A stretch of DNA of 64,000 nucleotides from an uncultured virus (IMG/VR IMGVR_UViG_3300020595_000014) (Duplodnaviria > Heunggongvirae > Uroviricota > Caudoviricetes). This document shows positions 38,142 through 47,963 of this stretch, one piece after another (position 1 is the stretch's first letter; the number at the start of each line of letters is the position of its first letter). Under the pieces are notes generated by a model. The model did not search any database and was not told the origin of the DNA. It was given only the letters and a program-made list of their open reading frames with translations. Made by a program: the position numbers and the translations under genes. The DNA lies in IMG/VR virus record IMGVR_UViG_3300020595_000014. One strand, 5' to 3'.

Positions 38142-38480
38142 ATGGATGATCTGAAAACAACTGGGAAGCCTCGTCAGTTTGAAACTGGCGCACAACGTGA
38201 TAACTGTGAAGGTAAGGTACGTATGAGTTTAGTACCACACAAAGCCTTAGAATCGGTTATGGTGAGATACTTGCAAGGTGCTGAGGCCTATGGAGAAAAT
38301 AACTGGCGGAGAGGTATGAAGCATTCTGTACTATATGACAGTGCAATGAGACATCTAATGCAAGACTTCAGAGGTGATGAGAGTGAAGACCACCTAGGGG
38401 CGGTATTGTGGAATGTAATGGGTATGATTTGGAATAGAGATAACAAACCAGAACTGGATGATCGCAAAGATTATGAATAA
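38142..38480 (+). CDS. DUF5664-like dATP/dGTP diphosphohydrolase domain protein
   Basis: FETGAQRD, GK.R.SLVP, GA..YGENNWRRG, SAMRHL, EDHLGAVLWN. Confidence 0.8.
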   Translation: MDDLKTTGKPRQFETGAQRDNCEGKVRMSLVPHKALESVMVRYLQGAEAYGENNWRRGMKHSVLYDSAMRHLMQDFRGDESEDHLGAVLWNVMGMIWNRDNKPELDDRKDYE

Positions 38481-39141
38481 TATTAAAATTTATAGCGCGA
38501 CTAAAGGCAATAAGGAGGACTGCGTACTCTATAAATGTTTAGAGAGTTACGGGCTAGATCACCTAGGAGTTTCAGTACAATACGAGGATAAAAATACTAA
38601 AAGCCTTCAACAGTGTTACAATAATTTTATTGACGATGCACGGAAAAACAATATTGATATTGCAGTTATGGTACATGATGACGTACATATTAATACCCGT
38701 GATTTATACTCTCTTATATCTAAAGCTGCAGATCAATACACCGTATTCGGGCTCGCCGGTGCTACTTCTTGTAAAGTTGGTAGCCCTGCTTTATGGCATA
38801 TTATGTCAAAAAGGGAAGATCAAAGAGGGTGTGTAGCTCATGGAGATAAAGATTCATATATGTATACCTCCTTCGGACCTGTACCGAGCAGATGTTTAGT
38901 TATTGACGGAGTCTTTATTGGCATCAATATTAAAGAGTTACCTGAAAATGTGAGATTTGACGAATCTTATCCATCTAAGTTTCATTATTATGATTTAGAC
39001 TTCTCACTTGAATGTAATAGGAACCACGTTACAATAGGCGTAGTGGATATACCGATCATTCACAGTAGCCCAGGACTAACTAAACCTGATAAAGAATTTT
39101 ACGACGGCGAGACATACTTTATTAAGAAGTGGCGAAAGTAG
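38473..39141 (+). CDS. GT2-like glycosyltransferase
   Basis: YN, MVHDDV, GLAGA, IDGVFI, FDE, FHYYDLDFS, HSSPG. Confidence 0.78.
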   Translation: MNNIKIYSATKGNKEDCVLYKCLESYGLDHLGVSVQYEDKNTKSLQQCYNNFIDDARKNNIDIAVMVHDDVHINTRDLYSLISKAADQYTVFGLAGATSCKVGSPALWHIMSKREDQRGCVAHGDKDSYMYTSFGPVPSRCLVIDGVFIGINIKELPENVRFDESYPSKFHYYDLDFSLECNRNHVTIGVVDIPIIHSSPGLTKPDKEFYDGETYFIKKWRK

Positions 39142-39157
39142 TACAACATAAAATATA

Positions 39158-40474
39158 ATGGAAAAAATTGATTTAGATTATTTTGAGAAGGTTTTAATAT
39201 ATAAAAGCTTAACTGATGAGCAGTACCTTGCGGAGATCATCGGTCATGTAGACCCTAAAATTATTGCCGATAAGAATATTAAGGTACTCTTTACCATCAT
39301 TAAGAGCTTTTATGATAAGAGAGGTGTGCCTCCGACTCTCACTGAACTAAAGACATATCTAGTCAATGATGATGTTAAAGCTGCTCTTAAGACTGTTGCT
39401 GGTAGTTTCGATGAAATAGATAAGAATCTTAATAAAGATGAGTTATTAGATAATACTGAAAGATACCTTAAGGAAAGAGCTATCTACCATACAATGATGG
39501 ATGTAGCTGAAGACATTACTAACGGTAAGGTTGATACTAGTTATATTCTCGAGAAGTTTGAAAAGAGCTGTAGTATCGAGTTGAAGGACGACCTTGGTAT
39601 TGATCTATTCGGTGATATTGATGAGGTGGCCCGTGAGTTGAGTGTAGATGAACCGACGCTATCTTCTGGATGGGACTGGCTTGACGAAAACTTAAATGGT
39701 GGCTTCTTAGCGAATGGAAGAGCGTTTTATGTATTCGCGGGCCAGACGAACGTTGGTAAGAGTATTTTCCTAGGTAATATTGCGACCAATCTAGCTAGAA
39801 AAGGTAAGAACGTATTAGTACTATCTCTTGAGATGAGTGAAATTATGTATGCTTGTCGACTTGCATCCGATATTACTAAAATACCTATTGCAGATCTTAG
39901 ATCTCAAACACCTACGTTAAAGCATAGTATGGATAGCATGGAAGGTATGGGTAAACTTATTATCAAAGAGTTTCCTCCTAATACTATTACTGCTCAGCAG
40001 ATTGCCTCCTATGTCAAGACCGTTCAATTAAAAGGTATTCAGATTGACGCTATTGTACTGGATTACATTAACCTGTTGAGAGGTTCACTTAACAGTAATC
40101 TATATGAGCGTATTAAGTGTGCTACTGAAGAAGTGAGAGCGTTGAGTTATAAATTCAACTGCCCTATTATTAGTGCTACTCAGCTTAACCGTACAGGTTA
40201 CGATACAGAGTCACCGACTCTTGATACTATTGGTGAGAGTATTGGCTTAGCCGCTACAGCTGATGTTATTGTTGGTATTACTCAGAGTGATACAGATAAA
40301 GAACTTAATATCATTAACCTGCATATGATGAAGAATCGTTTCGGTGCTAACTTCGGTAGGAATGAAATGAGAATTGATTATGGTACTCTTACCGTATCAG
40401 AGGATGATACTCTCAATAACGACGATGGTGACTTTGGCGAGATGACAGATAAGCTCGATAGGATGAGCCTATAG
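39158..40474 (+). CDS. gp41-like DnaB replicative helicase
   Basis: AGQTNVGKS, SLEMSE, IIKEFP, LDYINL, SATQLNR, ESIGLAATAD, KNRFG. Confidence 0.93.
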   Translation: MEKIDLDYFEKVLIYKSLTDEQYLAEIIGHVDPKIIADKNIKVLFTIIKSFYDKRGVPPTLTELKTYLVNDDVKAALKTVAGSFDEIDKNLNKDELLDNTERYLKERAIYHTMMDVAEDITNGKVDTSYILEKFEKSCSIELKDDLGIDLFGDIDEVARELSVDEPTLSSGWDWLDENLNGGFLANGRAFYVFAGQTNVGKSIFLGNIATNLARKGKNVLVLSLEMSEIMYACRLASDITKIPIADLRSQTPTLKHSMDSMEGMGKLIIKEFPPNTITAQQIASYVKTVQLKGIQIDAIVLDYINLLRGSLNSNLYERIKCATEEVRALSYKFNCPIISATQLNRTGYDTESPTLDTIGESIGLAATADVIVGITQSDTDKELNIINLHMMKNRFGANFGRNEMRIDYGTLTVSEDDTLNNDDGDFGEMTDKLDRMSL

Positions 40475-40518
40475 ACTGTATAAGTTGAGATTTTAAAAAG
40501 GAGCAGTAAATAGTTTAT

Positions 40519-41412
40519 ATGGGTAAAATACACGTATTTACTGACGCAGACTTAGATGGGGCTGGATGCGTCTTCTTACTCAGACAAGCCTTTCCAGCTC
40601 ATGAGATATCTTATAAGGTAACTACAGAAAGAAGCTTCAGGCAGGACATTCTCAACTGGCAATTAACCGACAGTTTTAAGAACTATGATAGAGTATTTGT
40701 ATGTGACCTCAATATTAAGGATGAGACATCCCTTGTCGACGTAGAGAACGTTATAGTATTTGATCACCATAAAGATCACGTAGAGGTAAAGAACGAATAC
40801 GTTAAAGCTAAGCCGGTTGTTGAAGACTATACATCATGCACACGGCTTATCTATGATAAGCTAAAGCTAAAATCTAAGCTAAATGATTACCAGTTACTCT
40901 TAGTTAAACTCATCGATGATTACGATAGCTATACTTTGAGTATACCTTACAGTAGGCAGTTAAATCATATTTTCTGGAACTATACAGGCGATAGAGTCCT
41001 AAAATTCCTTACTGATTTCAGCGCTGGCTTTAATGGTTTCAATACATATCACAAAAGCGCACTTAAATTAGTTGAGAGTAGATTAGAAAAATACTTTAAG
41101 ACTGAAAAGCTATACATGAATGATGTAGAGTTAAACGGTACCGAATATAAACTGATTGGAGGTTTCTTTTCCTTTTCGCCGAACGAAATATGCGAAAGAG
41201 CTCTTAAGGATCATGATGCTGATATCTGTATGTTAATGAGCACTAAAAATAAGACGGTAGTCTTTCGACGATCAAGTAAATGTACGTTGAGTATGAGAAA
41301 GCTAGCTAGTCAATTATCGGATGGCGGTGGGCATGACGATGCTGCCGGAGCAACGTTAAACGACAATATTATTAACCTTACAAAGCTTTTAAAGGAGATT
41401 AGCAATGAGTAA
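40519..41412 (+). CDS. DHH/DHHA1 phosphoesterase
   Basis: TDADLDG, CDL, DHH, GGGHDDAAG. Confidence 0.85.
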   Translation: MGKIHVFTDADLDGAGCVFLLRQAFPAHEISYKVTTERSFRQDILNWQLTDSFKNYDRVFVCDLNIKDETSLVDVENVIVFDHHKDHVEVKNEYVKAKPVVEDYTSCTRLIYDKLKLKSKLNDYQLLLVKLIDDYDSYTLSIPYSRQLNHIFWNYTGDRVLKFLTDFSAGFNGFNTYHKSALKLVESRLEKYFKTEKLYMNDVELNGTEYKLIGGFFSFSPNEICERALKDHDADICMLMSTKNKTVVFRRSSKCTLSMRKLASQLSDGGGHDDAAGATLNDNIINLTKLLKEISNE

Positions 41413-41686
41413 GTCACCTTCCCAAAACATGGAGGATGCAGAGTTTGAACACGCGTTCTACTCCTTTTGTACTTTTGTATCTCTCCTGCACGGTAAGAAA
41501 ATGAATTTCCCTACTGTCTTTCTCAAGATTTTAGAGAACGAAAAGATCCGAAAAATGTTTATTGATCTTATAGGTGAAGAAAGTGATTTTGGAGCAATTC
41601 AGAAATTTATTGAGACAGAGCCCTCTATAACAAAGAGTAAATATGTGACAAAGTACTTGAATAAGAACAAACAGGTACTATCATAG
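41405..41686 (+). CDS. Hypothetical protein
   Basis: 93-aa ORF coupled to upstream gene. Confidence 0.6.
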   Translation: MSKSPSQNMEDAEFEHAFYSFCTFVSLLHGKKMNFPTVFLKILENEKIRKMFIDLIGEESDFGAIQKFIETEPSITKSKYVTKYLNKNKQVLS

Positions 41687-41692
41687 TCATAT

Positions 41693-42331
41693 ATGACTCA
41701 ACTAGAGAAAACCATCTATAATCAATGGTTGATAGTTTCGAGAGCTGTAGATAGTAAACCGTTCAAGGTACGTCAGAATTTTGATAAGTTTGAAGATAAT
41801 AAATCCTATCCGGCTGTTGTTAAGCTAGCCAACTTTTTTAAAAGGCATCCTTCACTAGATATAAAGACTTTTTTCGAGGCTCCTTATTTCGTATACGACG
41901 ATAAGTTCTTCCCTTTAGAGTTCTATAGTAGTATGAGAGCTATTAAAGCTTATACTAGATACCACGATGATTATCTATTGAGCAACCCAGATGAGAAGGT
42001 GGCATTAGACTTCGTTAAGAGTAGTCTAGTTTTTATAAATGACTTCTGTAAAAGCGTAGGAGTACCTATTGGACAGTATCCAGATTATATGGAAAATAAC
42101 TTACCGGTGTTTTTTAAACATTTAGGCGAGCGTAAAATTTCTTTGTACATTCTATTTGCCTTTGATGAAATAGACTGTAAAATAAGAGAGTATAGAGGTA
42201 GTTTATATGTACAAGCGAAATGCTGCGCCTTGCAGAGAAGCAATTACATTAGAACGAAACTTTATGCTTCAACTAAACAAAAAACAAATATCGAAAATAT
42301 TAAAAAATTCGTAAAAACAAAAAGGAACTAA
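41693..42331 (+). CDS. Hypothetical protein, possibly gp59-like helicase loader
   Basis: ~210 aa, basic and helical, directly upstream of gp32 as gene 59 is in T4; motif support weak. Confidence 0.35.
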   Translation: MTQLEKTIYNQWLIVSRAVDSKPFKVRQNFDKFEDNKSYPAVVKLANFFKRHPSLDIKTFFEAPYFVYDDKFFPLEFYSSMRAIKAYTRYHDDYLLSNPDEKVALDFVKSSLVFINDFCKSVGVPIGQYPDYMENNLPVFFKHLGERKISLYILFAFDEIDCKIREYRGSLYVQAKCCALQRSNYIRTKLYASTKQKTNIENIKKFVKTKRN

Positions 42332-42345
42332 ACTATAATTAAATT

Positions 42346-43215
42346 ATGACAAATATATCAAATTCAATGTTCGAATCTATCCGCGGCGCTCTTGCGAGTA
42401 CTGAAGAGAAGTCTTCCGGACCTACTAATATCTTACGTACAGAGCCTGGTAATACCTATACTGTACGTCTATTACCGTTTGCTAGTGACGCTAGTAAGAC
42501 CTTCTTCCATTATTACCAGCATGGCTGGAATAGTTTTGCGACCGGTCAATATGTAAATGCTATTTCGCCTCAGACTTTTGGTGAGCGAGACCCTATCGGT
42601 GAAGCTCGTTATAAGCTTTATCGTGGTAATGACGACGAAAAAGCCATGGCTAGTAAGATTAATCGTTCCGAAAAATGGCTGGCGAACGCATATGTAGTTA
42701 ATGATCCTGTTAACCCTGATAATAACGGTAAGGTAATGATCCTTCGTTATGGTAAGCAATTGCATAAAGTTATTGCTAGCGCTATTGAAGGTGAAGATGC
42801 AGCTGATCTTGGTGCTAAGATCTTTGATGTATCTCCTAACGGCTGCAACCTCAAGATCGTTGTAGAGAAGCAAGGCGATTATCCTACCTATGTGTCGTCC
42901 AAATTTAGTTTCCCATCTGAGATTCCTGGTATGGATGATACTAAAGCTGAAGCAGCGATGAGTAATCTATATAAGCTAGATGAAGTGTTTACTATTAAGG
43001 GTTACGATGAGCTAGTTCAGATGGTGCATGAGCATATCGCTGGTACTGGTGACTCTGCAGAGTCTTCACAGCCGAGTGTATTACCAGCAGCTACTCATGC
43101 TGTACCTGCTGTTGAAAGTGTGCCGACACCTGCTGCGCCGGCTGAAGCTCCTGCTCAACCAGCTAATGACAGCGACGCTGAAATCAAAGACCTACTCGCA
43201 GGCTTAGACCTCTAA
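42346..43215 (+). CDS. gp32-like single-stranded DNA-binding protein
   Basis: VRLLP, YQHGW, DPI, NAYVVNDPVNPDNNGKV..LRYGK, Y..SKF, acidic tail. Confidence 0.88.
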   Translation: MTNISNSMFESIRGALASTEEKSSGPTNILRTEPGNTYTVRLLPFASDASKTFFHYYQHGWNSFATGQYVNAISPQTFGERDPIGEARYKLYRGNDDEKAMASKINRSEKWLANAYVVNDPVNPDNNGKVMILRYGKQLHKVIASAIEGEDAADLGAKIFDVSPNGCNLKIVVEKQGDYPTYVSSKFSFPSEIPGMDDTKAEAAMSNLYKLDEVFTIKGYDELVQMVHEHIAGTGDSAESSQPSVLPAATHAVPAVESVPTPAAPAEAPAQPANDSDAEIKDLLAGLDL

Positions 43216-43227
43216 TTAGACCTCTAA
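43204..43227. repeat. 12-bp tandem duplication at the gp32 stop codon
   Basis: TTAGACCTCTAA x2. Confidence 0.85.
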
Positions 43228-43230
43228 TAT

Positions 43231-43818
43231 ATGGACCCAGAACTACCATTACCTGAGGTAAGCTCTCAGATGCCTGAACAGATACCGATGCCAGCTCCGT
43301 TGCCAATGGACGATAAAGAGGCACAACCGGCTTCGTACACTAAGGAATTAAGCCCCGTAGAAAAGAGCAATGCATTAATTCAATTTATGGGTGCGCAATA
43401 TGGTGCACTTAATCAATTAGATGGTCAAATTGAAGGTCATGGCGCCCTCGGTAAAGGTAGTTCTGCAAAGGTAAAGCAGCAGGTAGCACAGGTACTTGAA
43501 CGTACACATGCCACCGCGCCGGTAGATATCCCGCCACCAGTAGTACCACAACAGCAGCAGGTTCAGCCTGCTGCTGTCCCGGTGCTTAATGTAATGGAAC
43601 CTGACATTCCGGTAGATACTAATCAGTTGGAGTTCAACTTCAACGTTGACGAGAAACAAGAATTACTATCGATGGTACGCACTCTTGTTAATAGTGTTAA
43701 AGCGCAGCGAAAAGAGATAGATCTATTAAAAGATAAAATTGATAGTCTTATTAAGACATCAAAAAAAAAATCTCCCGGTAGGCCGAGAAAAGCCGTTGAT
43801 ACGACGTCCAAGGTATAG
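43231..43818 (+). CDS. Pro/Gln-rich hypothetical protein
   Basis: 195-aa ORF, NQLEFNF motif, C-terminal coiled coil. Confidence 0.65.
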   Translation: MDPELPLPEVSSQMPEQIPMPAPLPMDDKEAQPASYTKELSPVEKSNALIQFMGAQYGALNQLDGQIEGHGALGKGSSAKVKQQVAQVLERTHATAPVDIPPPVVPQQQQVQPAAVPVLNVMEPDIPVDTNQLEFNFNVDEKQELLSMVRTLVNSVKAQRKEIDLLKDKIDSLIKTSKKKSPGRPRKAVDTTSKV

Positions 43819-43835
43819 TATAATCAAAATTGTAA

Positions 43836-44573
43836 ATGGCTTATTTAAGAGTAAAAAATAAAAAGGACTTCGTTAATAACTTTATTGGACCTATTTCCAA
43901 TCTACATAATATGTGTGTAGTTCATCTTTCAAAGGATGAAATTAGTTGTATCGTAGCATCAGAAGACTCTACTATTGTATGTAGGACGTCAATTGAAGTT
44001 GAGAGCGATGTAGAGGGAACAGTAACACTTAATATCCCAGATATTAAGAAGTTGCATAGAGTATTAGATATCATACCTAAAGAAGATATTACTATTAAAA
44101 TTAACGAGAATAGCATCTCATATAATGAGAGTGGTTTTAAATTTAAATACCATCTACTCGACGATGGTATTATCAGGCAGCCTAATATTAATATTAATAA
44201 AATTAATGATTTAGAGTTTAGCAGTACCTTCTCCGTAAAAGAGAGTAGCCTAGCTACAGTATTTAAGGGTAGTTCGTTTACTACTGAGACGTCTAAGCTA
44301 TATCTATATACTGAAGATGGTAATATTGTAGGTGAGTTAGGTGATAGAAGCCGACATAATACAGATAACTTTGTTTGTGTTATGAGTGAAGATTGTGAAG
44401 GCTCTGGGATTACAACACCTTTAGCTCTTAACTTCGAAAGCTTTCGACTAATAAGCTTTAACAATAGTAGGGAAGTTCAATTTAGGGTTAATCAAGATAT
44501 GGGTGTTATAGTTTGCGATATGAAAAAGAGTAATACATCATTGATTTATGTAATTTCAGCCCTAATTAATTAA
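43836..44573 (+). CDS. gp45-like sliding clamp
   Basis: ~245 aa alpha/beta pattern, LNIPDIKKL..VL, KFKYHL, YVISAL end; replication-core context. Confidence 0.7.
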   Translation: MAYLRVKNKKDFVNNFIGPISNLHNMCVVHLSKDEISCIVASEDSTIVCRTSIEVESDVEGTVTLNIPDIKKLHRVLDIIPKEDITIKINENSISYNESGFKFKYHLLDDGIIRQPNININKINDLEFSSTFSVKESSLATVFKGSSFTTETSKLYLYTEDGNIVGELGDRSRHNTDNFVCVMSEDCEGSGITTPLALNFESFRLISFNNSREVQFRVNQDMGVIVCDMKKSNTSLIYVISALIN

Positions 44574-44574
44574 T

Positions 44575-44937
44575 ATGGCTAATAGACATGAGAAGGTACG
44601 AGTTAAGCGCATCAGTAATAAGCTAAAAACAGCAGGTTATGTTATTAAGCGGCTTAAAGATAACGGGTTTGTTGTATTTAAAATGTTCAATGCATACAGT
44701 GAAGTTGATTTCCGTAGATGGACGATACTGATAGATCCAGGTAGATCTTCTGTATTCTTGACCTGTTATCATAATAAAGATAATATTAATGAAATTATGT
44801 TTGAGTTTGATGATGGAGGAATTAACTTTCCTCGAGGCTTTTACATACAAACTGAAAGTGTTGAAGTTTTAGTATCTCATCTAATTCAGAAGGGTATATC
44901 TAATGATCCAGATGGAAATCGTTTCGCAAAAGTATAA
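44575..44937 (+). CDS. Hypothetical protein
   Basis: 120-aa ORF in operon. Confidence 0.65.
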   Translation: MANRHEKVRVKRISNKLKTAGYVIKRLKDNGFVVFKMFNAYSEVDFRRWTILIDPGRSSVFLTCYHNKDNINEIMFEFDDGGINFPRGFYIQTESVEVLVSHLIQKGISNDPDGNRFAKV

Positions 44938-44945
44938 GTACTTTT

Positions 44946-45311
44946 ATGAAACGAGACGGTACCCCTAAAAAGAGGTCACGAGCGCCATTGAAGCATAAGA
45001 TTGATAAAGTAGATAGCGTATCTATCGCACTATCCGATCAACAGGACATCGAAACTCTCATAAGGGATGCGTTATCTGGTATGCTAACGGATATCACTCC
45101 AAGAGGGAGTGAGGGTGTACCTGTTAAGGATAATCTTGATGCAATGGTGGCAACGTGTTCTGAGTTCATGAATAACTTTATCATTATGGGGTACGACCTG
45201 GATGGCAATCCGATTCAACCGGTAATACATGCCAAAAACCAACTCGAGGTCGATGCCCTAGGGCAGTATCTGCAGCAATACCTTCACACAATTGTTTCAT
45301 ACATGGATTAG
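44946..45311 (+). CDS. Hypothetical protein
   Basis: 121-aa ORF; TAAGTA 5 nt upstream. Confidence 0.6.
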   Translation: MKRDGTPKKRSRAPLKHKIDKVDSVSIALSDQQDIETLIRDALSGMLTDITPRGSEGVPVKDNLDAMVATCSEFMNNFIIMGYDLDGNPIQPVIHAKNQLEVDALGQYLQQYLHTIVSYMD

Positions 45312-45354
45312 ATTGAATAGTTGATTATCGGAGTCTGTCATATAAAATACCTAT

Positions 45355-46221
45355 ATGAATATACTCGTACTATCAAAAGGCTTTATTGCCTCTCGCTTGA
45401 CTGAATACTTGATTCGCGAGAAGCATACAGTATACAACTTCTCTAGAGAAGAGCTAGACTACGGCGATAAAAGTCGCTTTTTTAATTTTTTAGATAAGAC
45501 AGCTATTGATGCTGTTGTTAATTGTGCAGGGTTCACCGGTAAGCCTAATGTTGATGAATGTGAGGTTCGAAAAGAAGAATGCTTTATTCAGAATTCAATT
45601 CTACCTCGAGATATTGAAGAGGTTTGCAAGATTAAAAGAGTGAACCTAATTCATGTTAGTTCTGGCTGCATTTACACCGGGTATGATAAAGAGTATACTG
45701 AAGATGATGAACCTAACTTCGGAATGTTTGATAGTGATTCTAGTTTTTATAGTAAGACAAAGCATGCCGGTGAACTTAACCTCGATACCAACTTTACTAA
45801 CATCATTAGAATTAGAATGCCAATTGAAGGTACTCTAGATTCAAAAAACCTGTTACATAAACTAAAAGGCTATAGTAAGCTGATTGATTATAGGAACAGT
45901 AAGACAGATGTAACAGTTCTGTGTGAGTTTATTGAGACTGTTATCGATGATTTTGAACCTGGTATATTTAATGCGGTTCATAGTAACGCACTCACTACAA
46001 AAGAAGTAATAGAGATATCTAAAGAATATCCACTCACAGTTAACCCAGAGTGGGAGTTTGTGGATTTTGAAGACTTAAACACGAAGTGTGGTAGAAGTAA
46101 TTGCGTCTTGAGTAACGATAAGAGTAAACTAGTATTTGATTTTGATTGGGGTGATGAAGAGTATTACATTCGAAAAAGCTTTCAGGCGATGACAGAGATA
46201 TTGCAAGAAGAAGAGAAATAA
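45355..46221 (+). CDS. NDP-4-keto-6-deoxyglucose 3,5-epimerase/4-reductase-like SDR
   Basis: AGFTGKPNVDECE, SSGCIY, PNF, SFYSKTK, RIRMP. Confidence 0.78.
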   Translation: MNILVLSKGFIASRLTEYLIREKHTVYNFSREELDYGDKSRFFNFLDKTAIDAVVNCAGFTGKPNVDECEVRKEECFIQNSILPRDIEEVCKIKRVNLIHVSSGCIYTGYDKEYTEDDEPNFGMFDSDSSFYSKTKHAGELNLDTNFTNIIRIRMPIEGTLDSKNLLHKLKGYSKLIDYRNSKTDVTVLCEFIETVIDDFEPGIFNAVHSNALTTKEVIEISKEYPLTVNPEWEFVDFEDLNTKCGRSNCVLSNDKSKLVFDFDWGDEEYYIRKSFQAMTEILQEEEK

Positions 46222-46233
46222 GCATAAAAAAAT

Positions 46234-46755
46234 ATGGATAATTACCAATTACAACGACTTATCGACCAGCATAAAAGTGAGGTATATAAGCGTATCAAAA
46301 AATACAAACCGACCGGTGACATTACAGCCTTTACAGCTGGTAACTTTGATATAATTCACCCGGGTTATACTGCAACGTTTGAAGAAGCTAAGCGACATTG
46401 TGATAAGTTTATTGTCTTCCTACACGGCGACCCTTCTGCTACTCGTAATACAAAGTATAAGCCTGTCGTACCGTATTACGATCGTTATAAAATGCTTATG
46501 TCTATTAAGCATATTGATGAGGTATATATGTACCAGACGGAAGAAGAATTATACGAGCTAATGAAGACATTCGATTGCGATGTTCGTATATTAGGTGAAG
46601 ATTATTTAGGTAAAGATTTTACAGGTAGCGAGCTCAGAGCAGAAGTTATATATACTACTCGGTCACATGAATGGTCTACTACAAAATTTAAAGACCTAAT
46701 TACAAAACAAACAATTAAGCAGAACCCAAATATTCGCGATGACGACGGCTATTAA
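46234..46755 (+). CDS. TagD/RfaE-like cytidylyltransferase
   Basis: TAGNFDIIHPGY, KP...R, IDEV, GEDY, RSHEWSTT. Confidence 0.85.
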   Translation: MDNYQLQRLIDQHKSEVYKRIKKYKPTGDITAFTAGNFDIIHPGYTATFEEAKRHCDKFIVFLHGDPSATRNTKYKPVVPYYDRYKMLMSIKHIDEVYMYQTEEELYELMKTFDCDVRILGEDYLGKDFTGSELRAEVIYTTRSHEWSTTKFKDLITKQTIKQNPNIRDDDGY

Positions 46756-47713
46756 TAGACCTAAAATACTTGTCACAGGAGGTTATGGGTTTATTGGTGG
46801 TAATTTTATACAATACCTACGTGAGACTTTTCAGCAGAGTGTATACATTGTTAATATTGACAAGAACGGTTACGCGTCAAACAAAGAGTATGCTAGCCCG
46901 TACTGTGATGAGACTTATGATATTGATATTACGGATGTACCGGCGCTTGAGATGCGATTCGATGAAGATGAGCCATATGATTATATCTTTCACTTTGCTG
47001 CTGAGTCTCATGTAGATAATAGCATTTCCGGACCTACTGTTTTTGTCGAATCGAATGTATTAGGTACTCAGAATCTTCTAGAATGTTACCGTGTCCGGAA
47101 TAAAGGTCATGGCAGATTCATTCATATATCTACTGATGAGGTGTATGGTCACTTAGATCTAACTGACCCTGCCTTCACTGAGGAGACCCCGTTATCCCCA
47201 CGCTCTCCCTATGCTGCTAGTAAGGCATCGAGTGACCTGATGTGTATATCATATATGAAGACGTATGGCTTAGACATTGGGATAACACGTTGTTGTAATA
47301 ACTTCGGACCTAATCAATATAAAGAGAAATTTATACCGACTATTATTGACTCCTTAAAGAATGGTAATAAGATTCCGGTATATGGTAAAGGTAATAACGT
47401 TCGGGAATGGATTCACGTTACATCTCATAATGAAGCCGTCTGGAACGTCGCTATTAAGGGTGATGCCGGGGTATACAATATTGGTAGTGGTGTAGAGTTA
47501 ACAAATTTAGAGCTTGTTAAGCTAGTCTGTGAGATTATGGGTAAAGAACCTGTCGATAATATAGAGTTCGTCGCGGATCGCCTGGGTCATGACTTTAGAT
47601 ACGCCATCGATTGCAGTAAGGCTAAGAAAATTGGCATGCAACAAGGCACATATAATGACTTTGTAGTTGAATTAACTGACTACATAGGTTATTATATTAG
47701 TAATGACCGATAA
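46739..47713 (+). CDS. rmlB: dTDP-glucose 4,6-dehydratase
   Basis: TGGYGFIG, HFAAESHVDNS, ISTDEVYG, SPYAASK, DRLGHDFRY. Confidence 0.92.
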   Translation: MTTAINRPKILVTGGYGFIGGNFIQYLRETFQQSVYIVNIDKNGYASNKEYASPYCDETYDIDITDVPALEMRFDEDEPYDYIFHFAAESHVDNSISGPTVFVESNVLGTQNLLECYRVRNKGHGRFIHISTDEVYGHLDLTDPAFTEETPLSPRSPYAASKASSDLMCISYMKTYGLDIGITRCCNNFGPNQYKEKFIPTIIDSLKNGNKIPVYGKGNNVREWIHVTSHNEAVWNVAIKGDAGVYNIGSGVELTNLELVKLVCEIMGKEPVDNIEFVADRLGHDFRYAIDCSKAKKIGMQQGTYNDFVVELTDYIGYYISNDR

Positions 47714-47963
47714 GCCGAAAGAGAAAGAGATATACGCGTGTCATCACGGTGATTACGCTGGTCAATCGTTCGTCTTCATTAAGGAAGAGGAACTGTCGTA
47801 TAATTTTCTTAGAATACCTGATATGGCAAATATATCTGTACCTCATGAGGATTTCTATAATGGAGTCCATAAGGAGATATTACAGTTGATGAAAACCGTT
47901 CCAGGAGATGTTTATAAAGTAATACAAGCACAATATAAGAAAAATGAAAATACTGACAATTGA
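47703..47963 (+). CDS. Hypothetical protein
   Basis: 86-aa ORF overlapping neighbours. Confidence 0.55.
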   Translation: MTDKPKEKEIYACHHGDYAGQSFVFIKEEELSYNFLRIPDMANISVPHEDFYNGVHKEILQLMKTVPGDVYKVIQAQYKKNENTDN

